Part shown: positions 37,307 through 48,651 of the stretch, piece by piece
Position numbering within the stretch: the first letter of the stretch is position 1
Layout of the letters: each line of letters opens with the position of its first letter
Assembly: GCA_946540075.1 (NCBI GenBank)
Contig: CAMNHZ010000001.1
Location: 1 to 57,314 of the forward strand
DNA from: an uncultured Bacillota bacterium
GTDB taxonomy: Bacteria; Bacillota_I; Bacilli_A; RF39; UBA660
Reading direction: 5' to 3'
DNA length: 57,314 bases
Notes under the pieces: generated by a model
The model's database searches: none
Told to the model about the DNA's origin: nothing
What the model saw: the letters and a program-made list of their open reading frames with translations, nothing else
Translations under genes and position numbers: made by a program

Positions 37307-38233
37307 ATGTCATTTACAAGTTCTGTTAAATTAGAAGTTAGTAAAATAGAAAATACACCTCCAGAGTACATATCTGAGTTATCAGCTATATTTAAAAATA
37401 TTGCAGTAATTGAAGATGATGTTAAAGTAACTACTGAAAATTCAAATGTCGCACGAAGAATATTTAATTTAATAAAGAATATTTATGGTGTTAATCCAAG
37501 TGTAACAGTACGACGTGGTTACAACTTTAATAAGAATTATATTTATATAATTGAATTTAAGAATAATAAAGAACTGGTGTTAGAAAATTTAGATATAATA
37601 AAAAACGGAATAATAAATGAAATACCAAGTGATTATATTATCGGAGATGAAAATCTATTAAAATCATATTTAAGAGGATTATTTTTAGCATGTGGAAGTA
37701 TAAATGATCCTAAAAAATCTAGATATCATTTAGAATTTGTCGTTGATACAGAAAATTATGCTAGATATGTAAGTAAATTACTAAATAGATTAGATTTAAA
37801 TAGTAAGTATTTAAAACGTGATAATAAATATATGATTTATGTTAAAGAATCCGAGAAAATAAGTGATTTTTTAAAAGTAATAGGCGCAACAAATGCAGTA
37901 ATGTATTTTGAAAATATTCGTGCCTATCGTGATCAAAAAAATATGACAAACAGATTAAACAATTGTGAACAAGCTAATGTTGATAAGATGATAGAAACAG
38001 CTAATAATCAACTAAAGGATATAAAACTAATAAAAGAAGAAGGTTTGTTAGATGTTCTTGATGAAAAGTTAAAAGTAGTCGCAATTTATCGTGAAAAATA
38101 TCCAGAAACATCTTTAAAAGATTTAAGCTCAATAATTACAATTGAAACAGGTGATTCTATAACTAAATCAGGATTACATCACCGTTTAAAAAAAATACAT
38201 GAAATTGCGAATCGCATCAGAAAAAAAGATTAA
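37307..38233 (+). CDS. whiA: DNA-binding protein WhiA
   Basis: 308 aa with a degenerate LAGLIDADG region YLRGLFLACGSINDPKKSRYHLEF and a C-terminal HTH. Confidence 0.9.
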   Translation: MSFTSSVKLEVSKIENTPPEYISELSAIFKNIAVIEDDVKVTTENSNVARRIFNLIKNIYGVNPSVTVRRGYNFNKNYIYIIEFKNNKELVLENLDIIKNGIINEIPSDYIIGDENLLKSYLRGLFLACGSINDPKKSRYHLEFVVDTENYARYVSKLLNRLDLNSKYLKRDNKYMIYVKESEKISDFLKVIGATNAVMYFENIRAYRDQKNMTNRLNNCEQANVDKMIETANNQLKDIKLIKEEGLLDVLDEKLKVVAIYREKYPETSLKDLSSIITIETGDSITKSGLHHRLKKIHEIANRIRKKD

Positions 38234-38349
38234 TTTTAATATTTCAAAAATATAGTAGTATTGTCTATAAGAAATAAAAAATATGGATATAGTAATCGGT
38301 AAAGACATATTAGTAAATTTATAGTATAATTATATATGCGAGGTGAAAC

Positions 38350-39324
38350 ATGGAAAGTATATTTAATGATGTAAAAAAAATAATGAATAAGTATGATACT
38401 ATTGTTTTGACAGGTCATAAAAATATTGATTTAGATGCATTAGGGGCTTGTTTGGGATTCTATCGAATGGCTCATCACTTAAAAAAAGAAGTATATATAT
38501 ATTTAGAGGATAATATAGCATTAAAGTCAACAAGAAGAGCTTTGAAAAGACTTAAAAAGAATAATATAAGTATTAGTTTTATTAAAAAAGAACAAGTAAA
38601 AAATTTAAATTTATCTAAAACATTACTTATAGTGTTGGATTTACATCAAAAAAATATGCTTGATTATCCTGAATTAGTAGATTTAATAGAAAATAAAATG
38701 GTTATAGATCATCATATTAAAAATAAAGATGTTATATCAAATACAAAATTAACTTATATAAATTCAAAACTTTCTAGTATGGTTGAATTTGTTGTATATT
38801 TTCTTGGATATTATAATTTGAGTGTTCATCCAGTAATAGCTACTATAATGCTTACAGGAATGGAAATAGATACTAATAGTTATAATATTAAGACAAGTTA
38901 TAAAACATATGAAGCAGCAGCAAAATTATCTTTAATGGGCGCTAATAATATAGATAAACAATCTCTTCTTCAAGAAAAAATTGAAGATTATATAGAGAGA
39001 ATAAATTTATTAAAAACAAGTTATATGATTAATTCTAATATGGCTATGTGTATTGTTCCAACTGACAAATTTTGTAATAAAATAGATTTAGCTATTATAG
39101 CAGAAAAATTGTTAGAATTTGATAAAGTAGAAGCGTCATTCGCTCTTGGATATACAGAAGAAAATGTAGTTAATATTAGTTCTCGATCATTAGGTAGAAT
39201 TAATGTTCAAAAGATTATGAATAAATTAGGTGGAGGCGGACACGCAAGTGAAGCAGCCGCCGAAATAACTGATATGGAATTAAACGAAGTAAAAGAAAAA
39301 ATAATAGAAATAGTAAACAGGTGA
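38350..39324 (+). CDS. DHH/DHHA1 phosphoesterase (catalytic half of GdpP, or NrnA-like)
   Basis: 324 aa with DHH (VIDHH) and [10 protein letters not shown]. It occupies the gdpP position upstream of rplI-dnaB but lacks the TM/PAS/GGDEF part. Confidence 0.8.
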   Translation: MESIFNDVKKIMNKYDTIVLTGHKNIDLDALGACLGFYRMAHHLKKEVYIYLEDNIALKSTRRALKRLKKNNISISFIKKEQVKNLNLSKTLLIVLDLHQKNMLDYPELVDLIENKMVIDHHIKNKDVISNTKLTYINSKLSSMVEFVVYFLGYYNLSVHPVIATIMLTGMEIDTNSYNIKTSYKTYEAAAKLSLMGANNIDKQSLLQEKIEDYIERINLLKTSYMINSNMAMCIVPTDKFCNKIDLAIIAEKLLEFDKVEASFALGYTEENVVNISSRSLGRINVQKIMNKLGGGGHASEAAAEITDMELNEVKEKIIEIVNR

Positions 39325-39328
39325 TGTT

Positions 39329-39775
39329 ATGAAAGTTATTTTTACAAAAGATTTAAAAGGTCAAGGTAAAAAAGGTCAAATAAAAGAAGTAAAAGATGGA
39401 TATGGTATGAATTTTTTGATAAAAAATAATTATGCTGTTCAAGCTACTCCATCAAATTTAAAACACTTAAATACTGAAAATAAAAAAGCAGAAAAGATTT
39501 TTAATGAATTAATTAAAAAATGTGAATTAGAAAAAGAAAAAATAGAAAGATTAACTTTAAAATTTCCTGTAAAAACAGGAACAGGAGATAGAGTGTTTGG
39601 AAGTGTTAGCCCAAAACAAATTGCTAACGAGTTAAAAAAGCTTGGTTATGATATTGATAAAAGAAAAGTAACAATGAAAGAAAGTATTACTTCATTGGGA
39701 ATTCATAATGTCGATATTGAATTACATAAACAAGTAATAGCCAAGTTGAAAGTACATTTAATTAAAGAAAAGTAG
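39329..39775 (+). CDS. rplI: 50S ribosomal protein L9
   Basis: 148 aa beginning [25 protein letters not shown]. Confidence 0.93.
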   Translation: MKVIFTKDLKGQGKKGQIKEVKDGYGMNFLIKNNYAVQATPSNLKHLNTENKKAEKIFNELIKKCELEKEKIERLTLKFPVKTGTGDRVFGSVSPKQIANELKKLGYDIDKRKVTMKESITSLGIHNVDIELHKQVIAKLKVHLIKEK

Positions 39776-39784
39776 GTGAATAAT

Positions 39785-41128
39785 ATGCAAGAACGAGTTC
39801 TACCACATGATTTAGGTGCAGAAAAATCAGTATTAGGGTCAATGTTTTTATCTAAGTATGCACTTCAAAAATGTTTAGAAAATTTACAAGAATCAATGTT
39901 TTATTTGGATGCACATAGTAAAATATTTGGAGCTTTAGTATCTTTAAGTGAAAATGGTTCTCCTATTGATATTACTACTGTTACATCATATCTTGATGAT
40001 AAAAAGAATTTAAAAAGTATCGGTGGAGTTGAGTATCTTGCTGAAGTTATAAATGCCGTTCCAACTGCAGCTAATGTAGATGAATATATTAAGATTGTTG
40101 AAGAAAAAGCAATATTAAGGAGATTAATTGAAGAGGCAACTACTATAGCAACAGAGGGTTATACATCTACTACAAGTGTTTCTGATATACTTGATGATGC
40201 TGAAAAAAGGATGCTTAGTGTAGTTAAAACGCGAAAAGGAACTGAATTTAGAACCATTCAAGATGTTTTGTATAAAACTCAGTCAGATTTAGAGAAATTA
40301 GCAGAACTAAAGGGTGAAATCACTGGTATTCCAACAGGATTTTATGATTTGGATAAAATAACAACAGGATTTCACAAGAATGAACTTATTATTATTGCAG
40401 CTCGTCCTGCTATGGGTAAAACTGCGTTTGCACTTAATCTAGCTACAAATATGGCGATAAACGCTAAGAAGACAGTAGCAGTATTTAATATGGAAATGGG
40501 CGCAGAACAACTTGCAAGTCGTATGTTATCATCAGTTGGTCAAATAGAAGGATATAAACTATCAACAGGTAGACTGGAACATAGTGATTGGAAAAGAGTA
40601 AATGAGGCAATAAGTAGACTTGCTGATACAAAACTATATATAGATGATACTCCAGGTATGACAATCAGCGAAATTCGTGCTAAATGTCGTAGATTGGCAG
40701 CGAGTGATGCTGGACTTGATATAGTGATAATTGATTACTTGCAATTAATTAATGGTTCAGCAAAATATGCAGGACAAAGACAACAAGAAATTGCAGAGAT
40801 ATCACGTGCACTAAAAACAATGGCTATGGAATTAGAAATACCAGTAATCGCACTTGCTCAGTTATCTCGTAGTGTAGAAACAAGAGATGATAAACGACCA
40901 ATTTTAAGTGATTTAAGAGAATCAGGTTCTATTGAACAGGATGCTGACATTGTTGCCTTCTTATATCGTGATGATTATTATAATAAAGATGCAGCAATAG
41001 ACAAAGATACAAGTAAAAGTGAATTTATTATTAGAAAACACCGTAGTGGACCAACCGCAACAATAGATCTAATATTTAAAAGAAATACTAGTACATTTGT
41101 TAATTTTATAAATCAAGAAGAAAGTTAG
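39785..41128 (+). CDS. dnaB: replicative DNA helicase
   Basis: PHDLGAEKSVLG, Walker A ARPAMGKTAF, IIDYLQL, RHRSGP. Start taken at ATG 39785 after the AGGTGA RBS. Confidence 0.95.
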   Translation: MQERVLPHDLGAEKSVLGSMFLSKYALQKCLENLQESMFYLDAHSKIFGALVSLSENGSPIDITTVTSYLDDKKNLKSIGGVEYLAEVINAVPTAANVDEYIKIVEEKAILRRLIEEATTIATEGYTSTTSVSDILDDAEKRMLSVVKTRKGTEFRTIQDVLYKTQSDLEKLAELKGEITGIPTGFYDLDKITTGFHKNELIIIAARPAMGKTAFALNLATNMAINAKKTVAVFNMEMGAEQLASRMLSSVGQIEGYKLSTGRLEHSDWKRVNEAISRLADTKLYIDDTPGMTISEIRAKCRRLAASDAGLDIVIIDYLQLINGSAKYAGQRQQEIAEISRALKTMAMELEIPVIALAQLSRSVETRDDKRPILSDLRESGSIEQDADIVAFLYRDDYYNKDAAIDKDTSKSEFIIRKHRSGPTATIDLIFKRNTSTFVNFINQEES

Positions 41129-41135
41129 GTGGATA

Positions 41136-42587
41136 ATGAAAAAGGTTAAAATACTTATATTATTTTTTGTTCTAAGTATATCATCATTATCAGTTGGATT
41201 TACCTTTAAAACTAATAAAGTTCCAAATAATTATTATCAAGTATATTTAGATAATAAAGTATTAGGAGTTATAAAATCTAAGAAAAAGTTAGAAGATTAT
41301 ATTGATAAACGTGGAGATTATTATAAGAAAAAATATAAAGTTAAAAAAGTATATGCTCCAAATGGAATAGAAATAAAGAAATTAGTAACGTATAATGATA
41401 AAGTTTTATCAGTAAGAGAAGTATATAAAAAAATAGAAAAGAAAAAACCTTTTACAATAAGAGGATACAAATTTGAAATTAAAGATGGAAAAAAGAAAAA
41501 TACTATATATACGACAAGAGAGTCAATATTTAAAGATTCTGTAACAGATACTATTAAAACATTTGTAGGAACAGATAGTTATGAAAAATACAAGAATAAG
41601 ACTCAAGGAAAAATAAATACAACAGGTAGAATTATAGAGAATATATATTTAGATAATGATATTTCAATAAAAAGTGACAATATTTCAGTAGAAGAGAAAA
41701 TATATACTGATAAGACAAGTCTTACAAACTATTTATTGTATGGTTCAAATACCAATAAAAAGACATATACAATTGATACAGGTGATACTATTGAAACTGT
41801 TGCTTTTAAAAACAAGGTTAGTACTGAAGAATTTTTAATTTCTAATCCTAGTTTTAATAGTGCTAATAGTTTATTATTCCCAGGACAACAAGTAGTTATT
41901 GAGGAAACAAATCCCCAAATAAAAGTTGTAGTAGAAGAACACGTAGTTCAAGATGTAAAAAGTTCTTATAAAACTGAAATAAAATATAATTCTAGTATAG
42001 TAAGAGGGGACGAAAAAGTAATACAAGAAGGTGTTGATGGACTTGAACGTGTTACACAAGAAGAAAAGAGAGTTAATGGTACATTGGTATATGTAGATCC
42101 TAAATCTAAACAAGAATTAACTCCGTCAGTCTCAAAGATAATTGAAAAAGGAGACAAGTATGTTCCAACAGTAGGAAGTAAATCTAACTGGGCATGGCCA
42201 ACAAATAGTGGATATACAATAAGTTCTGGTTATGTTTATCGTATTAATCCAGTAAGTGGATCACGTGAAATACATGCTGCTATTGATATATCAGGAACAG
42301 GTTATGGATCACCAATTTATGCTGTCACTAATGGAGTAGTATCAGAATCTTCATATCGTTATCAAGATGGTAATTATGTATGCATCAATCATAATAATGG
42401 ATATTATACATGTTATGCTCATATGGCAAGAAAAGCAGTTGCAGCAGGACAAACAGTAGATAGAGGACAGATAATTGGATATGTAGGTCAATCAGGATGG
42501 GCAACAGGGCCACATCTTCACTATGAAGTATGGATAGGAAAACCATGGAGCGGAGGACATAGAATTAATCCTCAAACAATGTATTAA
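41136..42587 (+). CDS. secreted LysM/G5/M23 peptidoglycan metalloendopeptidase
   Basis: 483 aa: signal/TM, LysM (YTIDTGDTIETVAF..FPGQQVVI), G5-like block, M23 motifs HAAIDISG and GPHLHYEV. Confidence 0.85.
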   Translation: MKKVKILILFFVLSISSLSVGFTFKTNKVPNNYYQVYLDNKVLGVIKSKKKLEDYIDKRGDYYKKKYKVKKVYAPNGIEIKKLVTYNDKVLSVREVYKKIEKKKPFTIRGYKFEIKDGKKKNTIYTTRESIFKDSVTDTIKTFVGTDSYEKYKNKTQGKINTTGRIIENIYLDNDISIKSDNISVEEKIYTDKTSLTNYLLYGSNTNKKTYTIDTGDTIETVAFKNKVSTEEFLISNPSFNSANSLLFPGQQVVIEETNPQIKVVVEEHVVQDVKSSYKTEIKYNSSIVRGDEKVIQEGVDGLERVTQEEKRVNGTLVYVDPKSKQELTPSVSKIIEKGDKYVPTVGSKSNWAWPTNSGYTISSGYVYRINPVSGSREIHAAIDISGTGYGSPIYAVTNGVVSESSYRYQDGNYVCINHNNGYYTCYAHMARKAVAAGQTVDRGQIIGYVGQSGWATGPHLHYEVWIGKPWSGGHRINPQTMY

Positions 42588-42588
42588 T

Positions 42589-43353
42589 ATGGAAATATCA
42601 GTATTGGCTAGTGGTAGTAAAGGAAACTGTAGTTATATTGGAACAGATAGTACTAAATTATTAGTAGATGCAGGTATTAGTTGTATCCAAATACAGAAAA
42701 AACTGGCCGAATTAGAAATTTCACCAAATGAAATAGATGGTATGATTATTACTCATACTCACGCAGATCATATTAACGGTTTGCGTGTTTTCTTAAAAAA
42801 ATTCCATACTAAATTATATGTAACAAAAAAGATGTATGATGAGTTAGTTGAACAAATGAATATAGAAAACTACGAATTAATCAATAAAAGTTTTAGTATA
42901 AATGATGTAGAAATAACAACTATAAAAACATCACATGATGTATCAGATTCAAACGGATATATATTTGAATCAAAAGGAAAATCAATTGTTTATATAACTG
43001 ATACTGGTTATATAAACGTTAAAAATCATAACTTATTAGAAAATAAAGATTTATATGTAATGGAAAGTAATCACGATATTCAAATGCTAATGGATGGAAA
43101 ATATCCGTATCATTTAAAACAAAGAATACTTGGAGACAAAGGACATCTTTCTAATGATGATTCAGCCAAGTATTTATCAAAGTTTATTGGGACAAAAACA
43201 AAGAAAATTATTTTGATTCATTTAAGTCAAGATAATAATACTGAACAATTAGCTAGAAAATCGTTAGAAAAAGCATTATTAAAAAGAGAAAAGCATGTTG
43301 GTTCAATTATAGTATCTAAGCAAAATGAAAGAACGGAATTGATAAAAATATGA
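42589..43353 (+). CDS. MBL-fold metallo-hydrolase, YycJ/WalJ-like
   Basis: 254 aa with HTHADHINGL. Precedes rlmH, as yycJ lies near yydA in Bacillus. Confidence 0.8.
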   Translation: MEISVLASGSKGNCSYIGTDSTKLLVDAGISCIQIQKKLAELEISPNEIDGMIITHTHADHINGLRVFLKKFHTKLYVTKKMYDELVEQMNIENYELINKSFSINDVEITTIKTSHDVSDSNGYIFESKGKSIVYITDTGYINVKNHNLLENKDLYVMESNHDIQMLMDGKYPYHLKQRILGDKGHLSNDDSAKYLSKFIGTKTKKIILIHLSQDNNTEQLARKSLEKALLKREKHVGSIIVSKQNERTELIKI

Positions 43354-43805
43354 TAAGAATATTATGTGTAGGAAAAATAAAAGAAAGATTTTTTCGAGAA
43401 GCTATAGATGAATATTTAAAAAGATTAACAAAGTATACAAAAATAGAAATAATCGAAGTATCCGATGTAAAAGATTCAAGTAAAAAAGTTATTTTGAATA
43501 AAGAAAAAGAACTATTAAATAAGTATATTAATAGTAAAGATTATATAGTAACATTAGAAATAGAAGGAAAACAAATAAGTAGTGAAGAATTAGCCGAAAA
43601 GTTAGAAACTACTTTGATGTCTAACTCTAATATTACATTTATAATAGGTGGATCATATGGTTTACATGATGATATAAAGAAAATTAGTGATTATAAATTA
43701 TCATTTTCAAAGATGACATTTCCGCATCAATTATTTAGAATAATCCTATTAGAACAAATATATAGATCATTTAGAATAATAAATAATGAAACTTATCATA
43801 AATAA
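43350..43805 (+). CDS. rlmH: 23S rRNA (pseudouridine1915-N3)-methyltransferase RlmH
   Basis: 151 aa SPOUT protein: IIGGSYGL, SFSKMTFPHQL. Confidence 0.9.
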   Translation: MIRILCVGKIKERFFREAIDEYLKRLTKYTKIEIIEVSDVKDSSKKVILNKEKELLNKYINSKDYIVTLEIEGKQISSEELAEKLETTLMSNSNITFIIGGSYGLHDDIKKISDYKLSFSKMTFPHQLFRIILLEQIYRSFRIINNETYHK

Positions 43806-43857
43806 AATGTATAAAAAAAATAAAATCATTCACTATTTAATAGGGGATGATTTTTAT

Positions 43858-44376
43858 ATGAAAAAAATACTAATAATAATGTTGTTTTCAGTAATACTCT
43901 GCACAGGGTTTAAAGAGAATATAGTTATACCTAATGATGCTATAAGAGTAAGAGTTATAGCTAATAGTAATTCAGCACAAGACCAAAGTATAAAATTAAA
44001 AGTACGTAACAGTATTCAAAAAACTACTACTGAATTATTGAAAAATACAACAACTAGTGCTGAAGCAGAAGGAATAATAATTAACAACATGCCATTAATA
44101 AAGAATAATATTGACGACTTATTGACACATGAAGATTATAAGAAAGGATATAAAATTAATTTTGGAAAAAATTACTTTCCACAAAAGAAATTCAAGAAAA
44201 AAACATATAAAGAAGGATACTATAAATCTTTGTTAGTCACACTAGGAACAGGAAAAGGATCTAATTGGTGGTGCGTTCTTTTTCCTCCGTTGTGTTTAAT
44301 GGAGGTAGAAGAAACAAATTCAAATGATACTAAATATGAATTATATGTAACTAAATTACTAAAAAAAATATTTTAG
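43858..44376 (+). CDS. spoIIR: stage II sporulation protein R
   Basis: IRVRVIANSNSAQDQSIKLKVRNSI and GSNWWCVLFPPLCL. Start taken at MKKILII (43858), which gives a signal/TM segment. Confidence 0.8.
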   Translation: MKKILIIMLFSVILCTGFKENIVIPNDAIRVRVIANSNSAQDQSIKLKVRNSIQKTTTELLKNTTTSAEAEGIIINNMPLIKNNIDDLLTHEDYKKGYKINFGKNYFPQKKFKKKTYKEGYYKSLLVTLGTGKGSNWWCVLFPPLCLMEVEETNSNDTKYELYVTKLLKKIF

Positions 44377-44420
44377 TATAAAAAAATCTCCATTAAATAG
44401 AATTAATATGGAGGTGCCTA

Positions 44421-44951
44421 ATGCATATATTAGTAATAATAATGCTGGCAATAAGTTTAAGCATGGATGCTTTTTCTTTGTCGCTAGCTTATGGAACATC
44501 AAATTTAAATAGGACAGTTGAATTAGAATTATCAGGTATAGTTGGATTGTTTCATTTTTTTATGCCTCTTACTGGATTGCAATTTGGGCACATAATTTTC
44601 AATTATATACCCATAAGAACCAATATTATAGTTTTTTTGATTTTAGTATTTATCGGATTTCAAATGTTAGTTGATAGTTTAAAAGAAGAAACTATAAAAA
44701 GAGAATTTAAATTGTTAGATTTAATTTTATTTGCTTTCGCCGTGAGCTTAGATAGTTTCTCATTAGGTATAAGTTTATACTCGATCACAACAAAGTATGT
44801 TTTGTCTTGTTCTATTTTTATGTTATTTAGTTCTATTTTTACATATATTGGATTAAAAATGGGAAAAATTATAGAAAATAAATTAGGAACATATGCACAA
44901 ATATTAGGTGGTATCATCTTAATAACTATAGGAATAACGTATATTATCTAA
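44421..44951 (+). CDS. MntP/YtaF-family membrane protein (manganese efflux or sporulation YtaF)
   Basis: 176 aa with a duplicated SMDAFSLSL / AVSLDSFSLGI DUF204 motif and 6 TM segments. Confidence 0.7.
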   Translation: MHILVIIMLAISLSMDAFSLSLAYGTSNLNRTVELELSGIVGLFHFFMPLTGLQFGHIIFNYIPIRTNIIVFLILVFIGFQMLVDSLKEETIKREFKLLDLILFAFAVSLDSFSLGISLYSITTKYVLSCSIFMLFSSIFTYIGLKMGKIIENKLGTYAQILGGIILITIGITYII

Positions 44952-45035
44952 AATATACGTTTTTACCATGTAAAGATTTGTAATATTGATAGACAAAACA
45001 AATATTAAATAATATAATATATTATGGTGGATTAT

Positions 45036-45878
45036 ATGTTGGAAAATAGTAAAAATATATTAAATGATGCTAGAATGAACAATTATGCTATTGCTCATTT
45101 TAATATCAATAATTTAGAATGGACAAGATTTATTCTAGAAGAATGCGATAGATTAAAAACTCCTGTTATTCTAGGAGTAAGTGAAAGTGCGATAGATTAT
45201 ATGGGTGGATATTATACTGTAGCAAATTTAGTTAAAAGTTTGATATCTGATTTAAAAATAAATATTCCAGTAATTCTTCATTTAGACCATGGAAAAAAAG
45301 TAGAGTCTTGTATTAAAGCTATCGATGCAGGTTTTACATCAGTAATGATAGATGCATCTACATATCCAATTACTGAAAATATTAGAATGACTAAAAAAGT
45401 AGTAGAATATGCTAAAAAACATAATGTAACTGTTGAAGCTGAATTAGGTCATGTTGGATCAGAAGCTGACAAATCATTAATACCAGAATTATATACTGAA
45501 GTTGATGCGGCAAAGAAATTTGTGGAAGAGACAAAGATTGATTCTCTAGCACCAGCAATTGGGAATGCACATGGTTTATATAATGGTAAGATAGAGTTAG
45601 ATTTTGAAAGAATAAAAGAAATAGCAAAGATTACAAATGTTCCATTAGTACTTCATGGAGCGTCATATATACCAGATGATATGTTAAAAAAAGCAGTTAA
45701 AAGCGGCATAAATAAAGTGAATATAAATACAGAACTTCAAATCGCTTGGGCTAATGATGTAAAAAGTTTTATAGAACAAAATCAAGACATATATGATCCT
45801 AGAAAGATAATTAAAGCTGGAGAAAAGGCGATAAAATCAATAATTAAGCAAAAATTAGAGATTTTAAATAGGAATTAA
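45036..45878 (+). CDS. fba: class II fructose-1,6-bisphosphate aldolase
   Basis: HFNINNLEW, HLDHG, GNAHG, LVLHGAS. Start taken at ATG 45036. Confidence 0.9.
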   Translation: MLENSKNILNDARMNNYAIAHFNINNLEWTRFILEECDRLKTPVILGVSESAIDYMGGYYTVANLVKSLISDLKINIPVILHLDHGKKVESCIKAIDAGFTSVMIDASTYPITENIRMTKKVVEYAKKHNVTVEAELGHVGSEADKSLIPELYTEVDAAKKFVEETKIDSLAPAIGNAHGLYNGKIELDFERIKEIAKITNVPLVLHGASYIPDDMLKKAVKSGINKVNINTELQIAWANDVKSFIEQNQDIYDPRKIIKAGEKAIKSIIKQKLEILNRN

Positions 45879-45913
45879 ATTAAGAGTATTCTTATATAAA
45901 ATATGGAGGAATT

Positions 45914-47167
45914 ATGAAAAGAATAATAATAAATGGTGGAAATACATTAAAAGGAACCATAAAGATAAGTGGAGCAAAAAATAGTGCAGTTGCATTAGTT
46001 CCTGCATCTTTATTATCGGATGAAAAAGTAACAATTGATAATATTCCTAATATATCTGATATAGATAATTTGAATGAAATATTAAAATACTTGGGTGCCT
46101 CAGTAGAACGTAAAGAAGATCGAATAATTATTGATCCAACTACAATAGAAAATAAGGCAATACCTGAAGAAGCAGCAACTAAATTAAGAGCATCATATTA
46201 CTTTATGGGAGCATTATTAGGTAAGTATAAAAAAGCCACCATGTATTTTCCTGGTGGATGCCCAATTGGCGCAAGACCTATAAATCTGCATCTAAAAGGC
46301 TTTGAAATGATGGGAGCAAAGATAATGCAGGAACAAAACAAATATACAATTATAGCTGATGAATTAAAAGGTGCTAATATATATTTGGATATGCCAAGTG
46401 TAGGTGCAACAATTAATATAATGTTAGCAGCTGTTAAAGCAAATGGAACAACAACAATTGATAACGCGGCTAAAGAACCAGAAATAGTAAATGTAGCTAC
46501 ATTTTTAAATAATATGGGTGCCAAAATAAGAGGAGCTGGAACAAGTACCATAACAATAAAGGGTGTAAAAGAATTACATCATGCTTATACAGAAGTTATT
46601 CCAGATAGAATAGAAGCAGGAACTTATGTTATAGCAGGTGCACTAATTGGTAATCAATTAAAAATAGATAATATAATTCCAGAACATATTGACTCATTAC
46701 TTGAAAAATTAAAAGAAATGGGTGCTGATATAAGTGTAGGAGTGGATAATGTTATAGTTTCAAAGACAGATAGATTAAACCCAATAAATGTAACTACATT
46801 AGGATATCCAGGATTTCCGACAGATTTACAACAACCATTAACAACATTACTTACTAAGTGTGATGGTTTATCAACGGTAAAAGAAACAATTTATGAAAAT
46901 AGATTTTGTAATGCCAAGTATTTGAATGAGATGGGTGCAAATATTAAAATAACTGATAAAAAAATATATGTTAATGGACCTAGTGAATTAGTAGGAAAAG
47001 AAGTAATTGCTACAGATTTACGTGCAGGAGCATGTTTAGTTTTAGCTGGTTTAGTAGCAAAAGGAACAACAACAGTAAAAAATGTAGAACATGTACTTAG
47101 AGGATATGAAAATATAATTGAAAAACTTAATAATGTAGGTGCTAATATTAAATTGGATGAAATATAA
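45914..47167 (+). CDS. murA: UDP-N-acetylglucosamine 1-carboxyvinyltransferase
   Basis: 417 aa: ISGAKNSAVAL, GGCPIGARPINLH (active-site Cys), FPTDLQ. Confidence 0.95.
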   Translation: MKRIIINGGNTLKGTIKISGAKNSAVALVPASLLSDEKVTIDNIPNISDIDNLNEILKYLGASVERKEDRIIIDPTTIENKAIPEEAATKLRASYYFMGALLGKYKKATMYFPGGCPIGARPINLHLKGFEMMGAKIMQEQNKYTIIADELKGANIYLDMPSVGATINIMLAAVKANGTTTIDNAAKEPEIVNVATFLNNMGAKIRGAGTSTITIKGVKELHHAYTEVIPDRIEAGTYVIAGALIGNQLKIDNIIPEHIDSLLEKLKEMGADISVGVDNVIVSKTDRLNPINVTTLGYPGFPTDLQQPLTTLLTKCDGLSTVKETIYENRFCNAKYLNEMGANIKITDKKIYVNGPSELVGKEVIATDLRAGACLVLAGLVAKGTTTVKNVEHVLRGYENIIEKLNNVGANIKLDEI

Positions 47168-47170
47168 TTA

Positions 47171-47194
47171 AGTAGAGATAACTCTACTTTTTTT
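47171..47194 (+). terminator. terminator after murA
   Basis: AGTAGAG (47171-47177) / CTCTACT (47182-47188) followed by T7. It abuts the next gene's RBS. Confidence 0.6.
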
Positions 47195-47203
47195 GGAGGA
47201 GAA

Positions 47204-47884
47204 ATGAAAATATTTAAATTATTTTTTGCCATATTTATAATAATAATTATTTTTTGTATCTATAATACAACTAAGGATACTAAGTTGTATTACGGTGTAA
47301 TTGGTGATTATATTTCATCTAGAAGTAATGGATTTCAATCCATGTTAAGAAATAAAATAAAAAAAGATAAGAAGTTAGAAAATTATAATAATGATTTTGT
47401 TGAAGATGATTATCATATTAACGATTTAATATATATTTTAAAGAACAATAACGAAAAAAATGGAAAAACAATCAAAAATATTCTTATTAAAGCTGATATA
47501 TTAACACTATCAATTGGTATGAATGATTTAATATATAAATTAAATTTGTTAGATGGAAGTGTGGATAAAAAAGATTTAGAACTTTATGTAGACCAAATGA
47601 TGATTGATATAGATGAATTGTTAAATATGATAAGAATCAATTGTAAAGAGAAAATAATAATAATTGGATACTATCTACCTGGTAATTATAATAACGAATA
47701 TAGTGAAATTATAGATTATGCTAATAAAAAGTTGTTAAGATTAACTAAACTATATAATATGGAATATGTAGATATATCTGTATTTAATAAAGAAGATAAG
47801 TATCTGAACAGTAATAATATATATATTAATAAGCTAGGTCATAAATATATATACAATAAACTAAAAAATATTGTAAAAAAATAA
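47204..47884 (+). CDS. membrane-anchored SGNH/GDSL-like protein (block I Ser not conserved)
   Basis: 226 aa with an N-terminal TM, IGDYIS (GDS-like but Y in place of S), GMNDL, and a C-terminal LGH. Confidence 0.4.
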   Translation: MKIFKLFFAIFIIIIIFCIYNTTKDTKLYYGVIGDYISSRSNGFQSMLRNKIKKDKKLENYNNDFVEDDYHINDLIYILKNNNEKNGKTIKNILIKADILTLSIGMNDLIYKLNLLDGSVDKKDLELYVDQMMIDIDELLNMIRINCKEKIIIIGYYLPGNYNNEYSEIIDYANKKLLRLTKLYNMEYVDISVFNKEDKYLNSNNIYINKLGHKYIYNKLKNIVKK

Positions 47885-47920
47885 AAATAATATATAATAT
47901 AAGTAGTGAGGTGATAGGGA

Positions 47921-48565
47921 ATGAATAATATTAAAGTTTATCCTAAAATGTTTATGTGGATGTTTGTAGGATTATTATTAACATTTGGTGTAGGTTACTA
48001 TATATCTATAAATCCTAATATGGTATTTAATATATTTGGTAGAGGAGCATATTTATGGTTTGCTATAGCGGAGGTTATAGCAGTAATATTCTTAAGTGCT
48101 AGAATACGAAAAATGAGTTATCAAAGCGCAGTTGTAGGATTTATAATTTATTCAATATTGAGTGGAATAACATTTTCAACAATATTTTTAGCATTTAATA
48201 TGTCATCAATAATATTTATTTTCTTTGTAACAGCAGTAATATTTATGATATTTAGTATTATTGGTAGTGTTACTAGTGTTGATTTATCAAAGTTTAAAAC
48301 TTTACTATTTATGATGTTAATAGGTATAATACTTGCAACAATCGTTAATATATTCTTAAATAATACGACTTTTGATTTAATAATTAGCATTATTGCAATT
48401 GTAGTATTTATTGGTTATATAGCATATGATATTCAAAAAGTAAAGAATAATGTTTATGGTATTGATGATGATCGAAAACTTGCTATAATGGGTGCTTTAG
48501 AATTATATTTAGATTTTATTAACTTGTTTATACACCTATTACAAATATTTGGTGATAGAAACTAG
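47921..48565 (+). CDS. Bax inhibitor-1/YccA family membrane protein
   Basis: 214 aa with 7 TM segments and the C-terminal motif [11 protein letters not shown]. Confidence 0.8.
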   Translation: MNNIKVYPKMFMWMFVGLLLTFGVGYYISINPNMVFNIFGRGAYLWFAIAEVIAVIFLSARIRKMSYQSAVVGFIIYSILSGITFSTIFLAFNMSSIIFIFFVTAVIFMIFSIIGSVTSVDLSKFKTLLFMMLIGIILATIVNIFLNNTTFDLIISIIAIVVFIGYIAYDIQKVKNNVYGIDDDRKLAIMGALELYLDFINLFIHLLQIFGDRN

Positions 48566-48651
48566 TTGATTTTAAATATAAAATCTGTTATACTATAAAG
48601 GCAATTTATTACTATGACTTGAATTTAGTCATGGCGGAAGGAGAGTTACAT

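Noticed and set aside
44377-44420. Possible yybP-ykoY manganese riboswitch upstream of the MntP-like gene
   Set aside because: The spacer is only ~44 nt and contains just an RBS, which is too short for the riboswitch.
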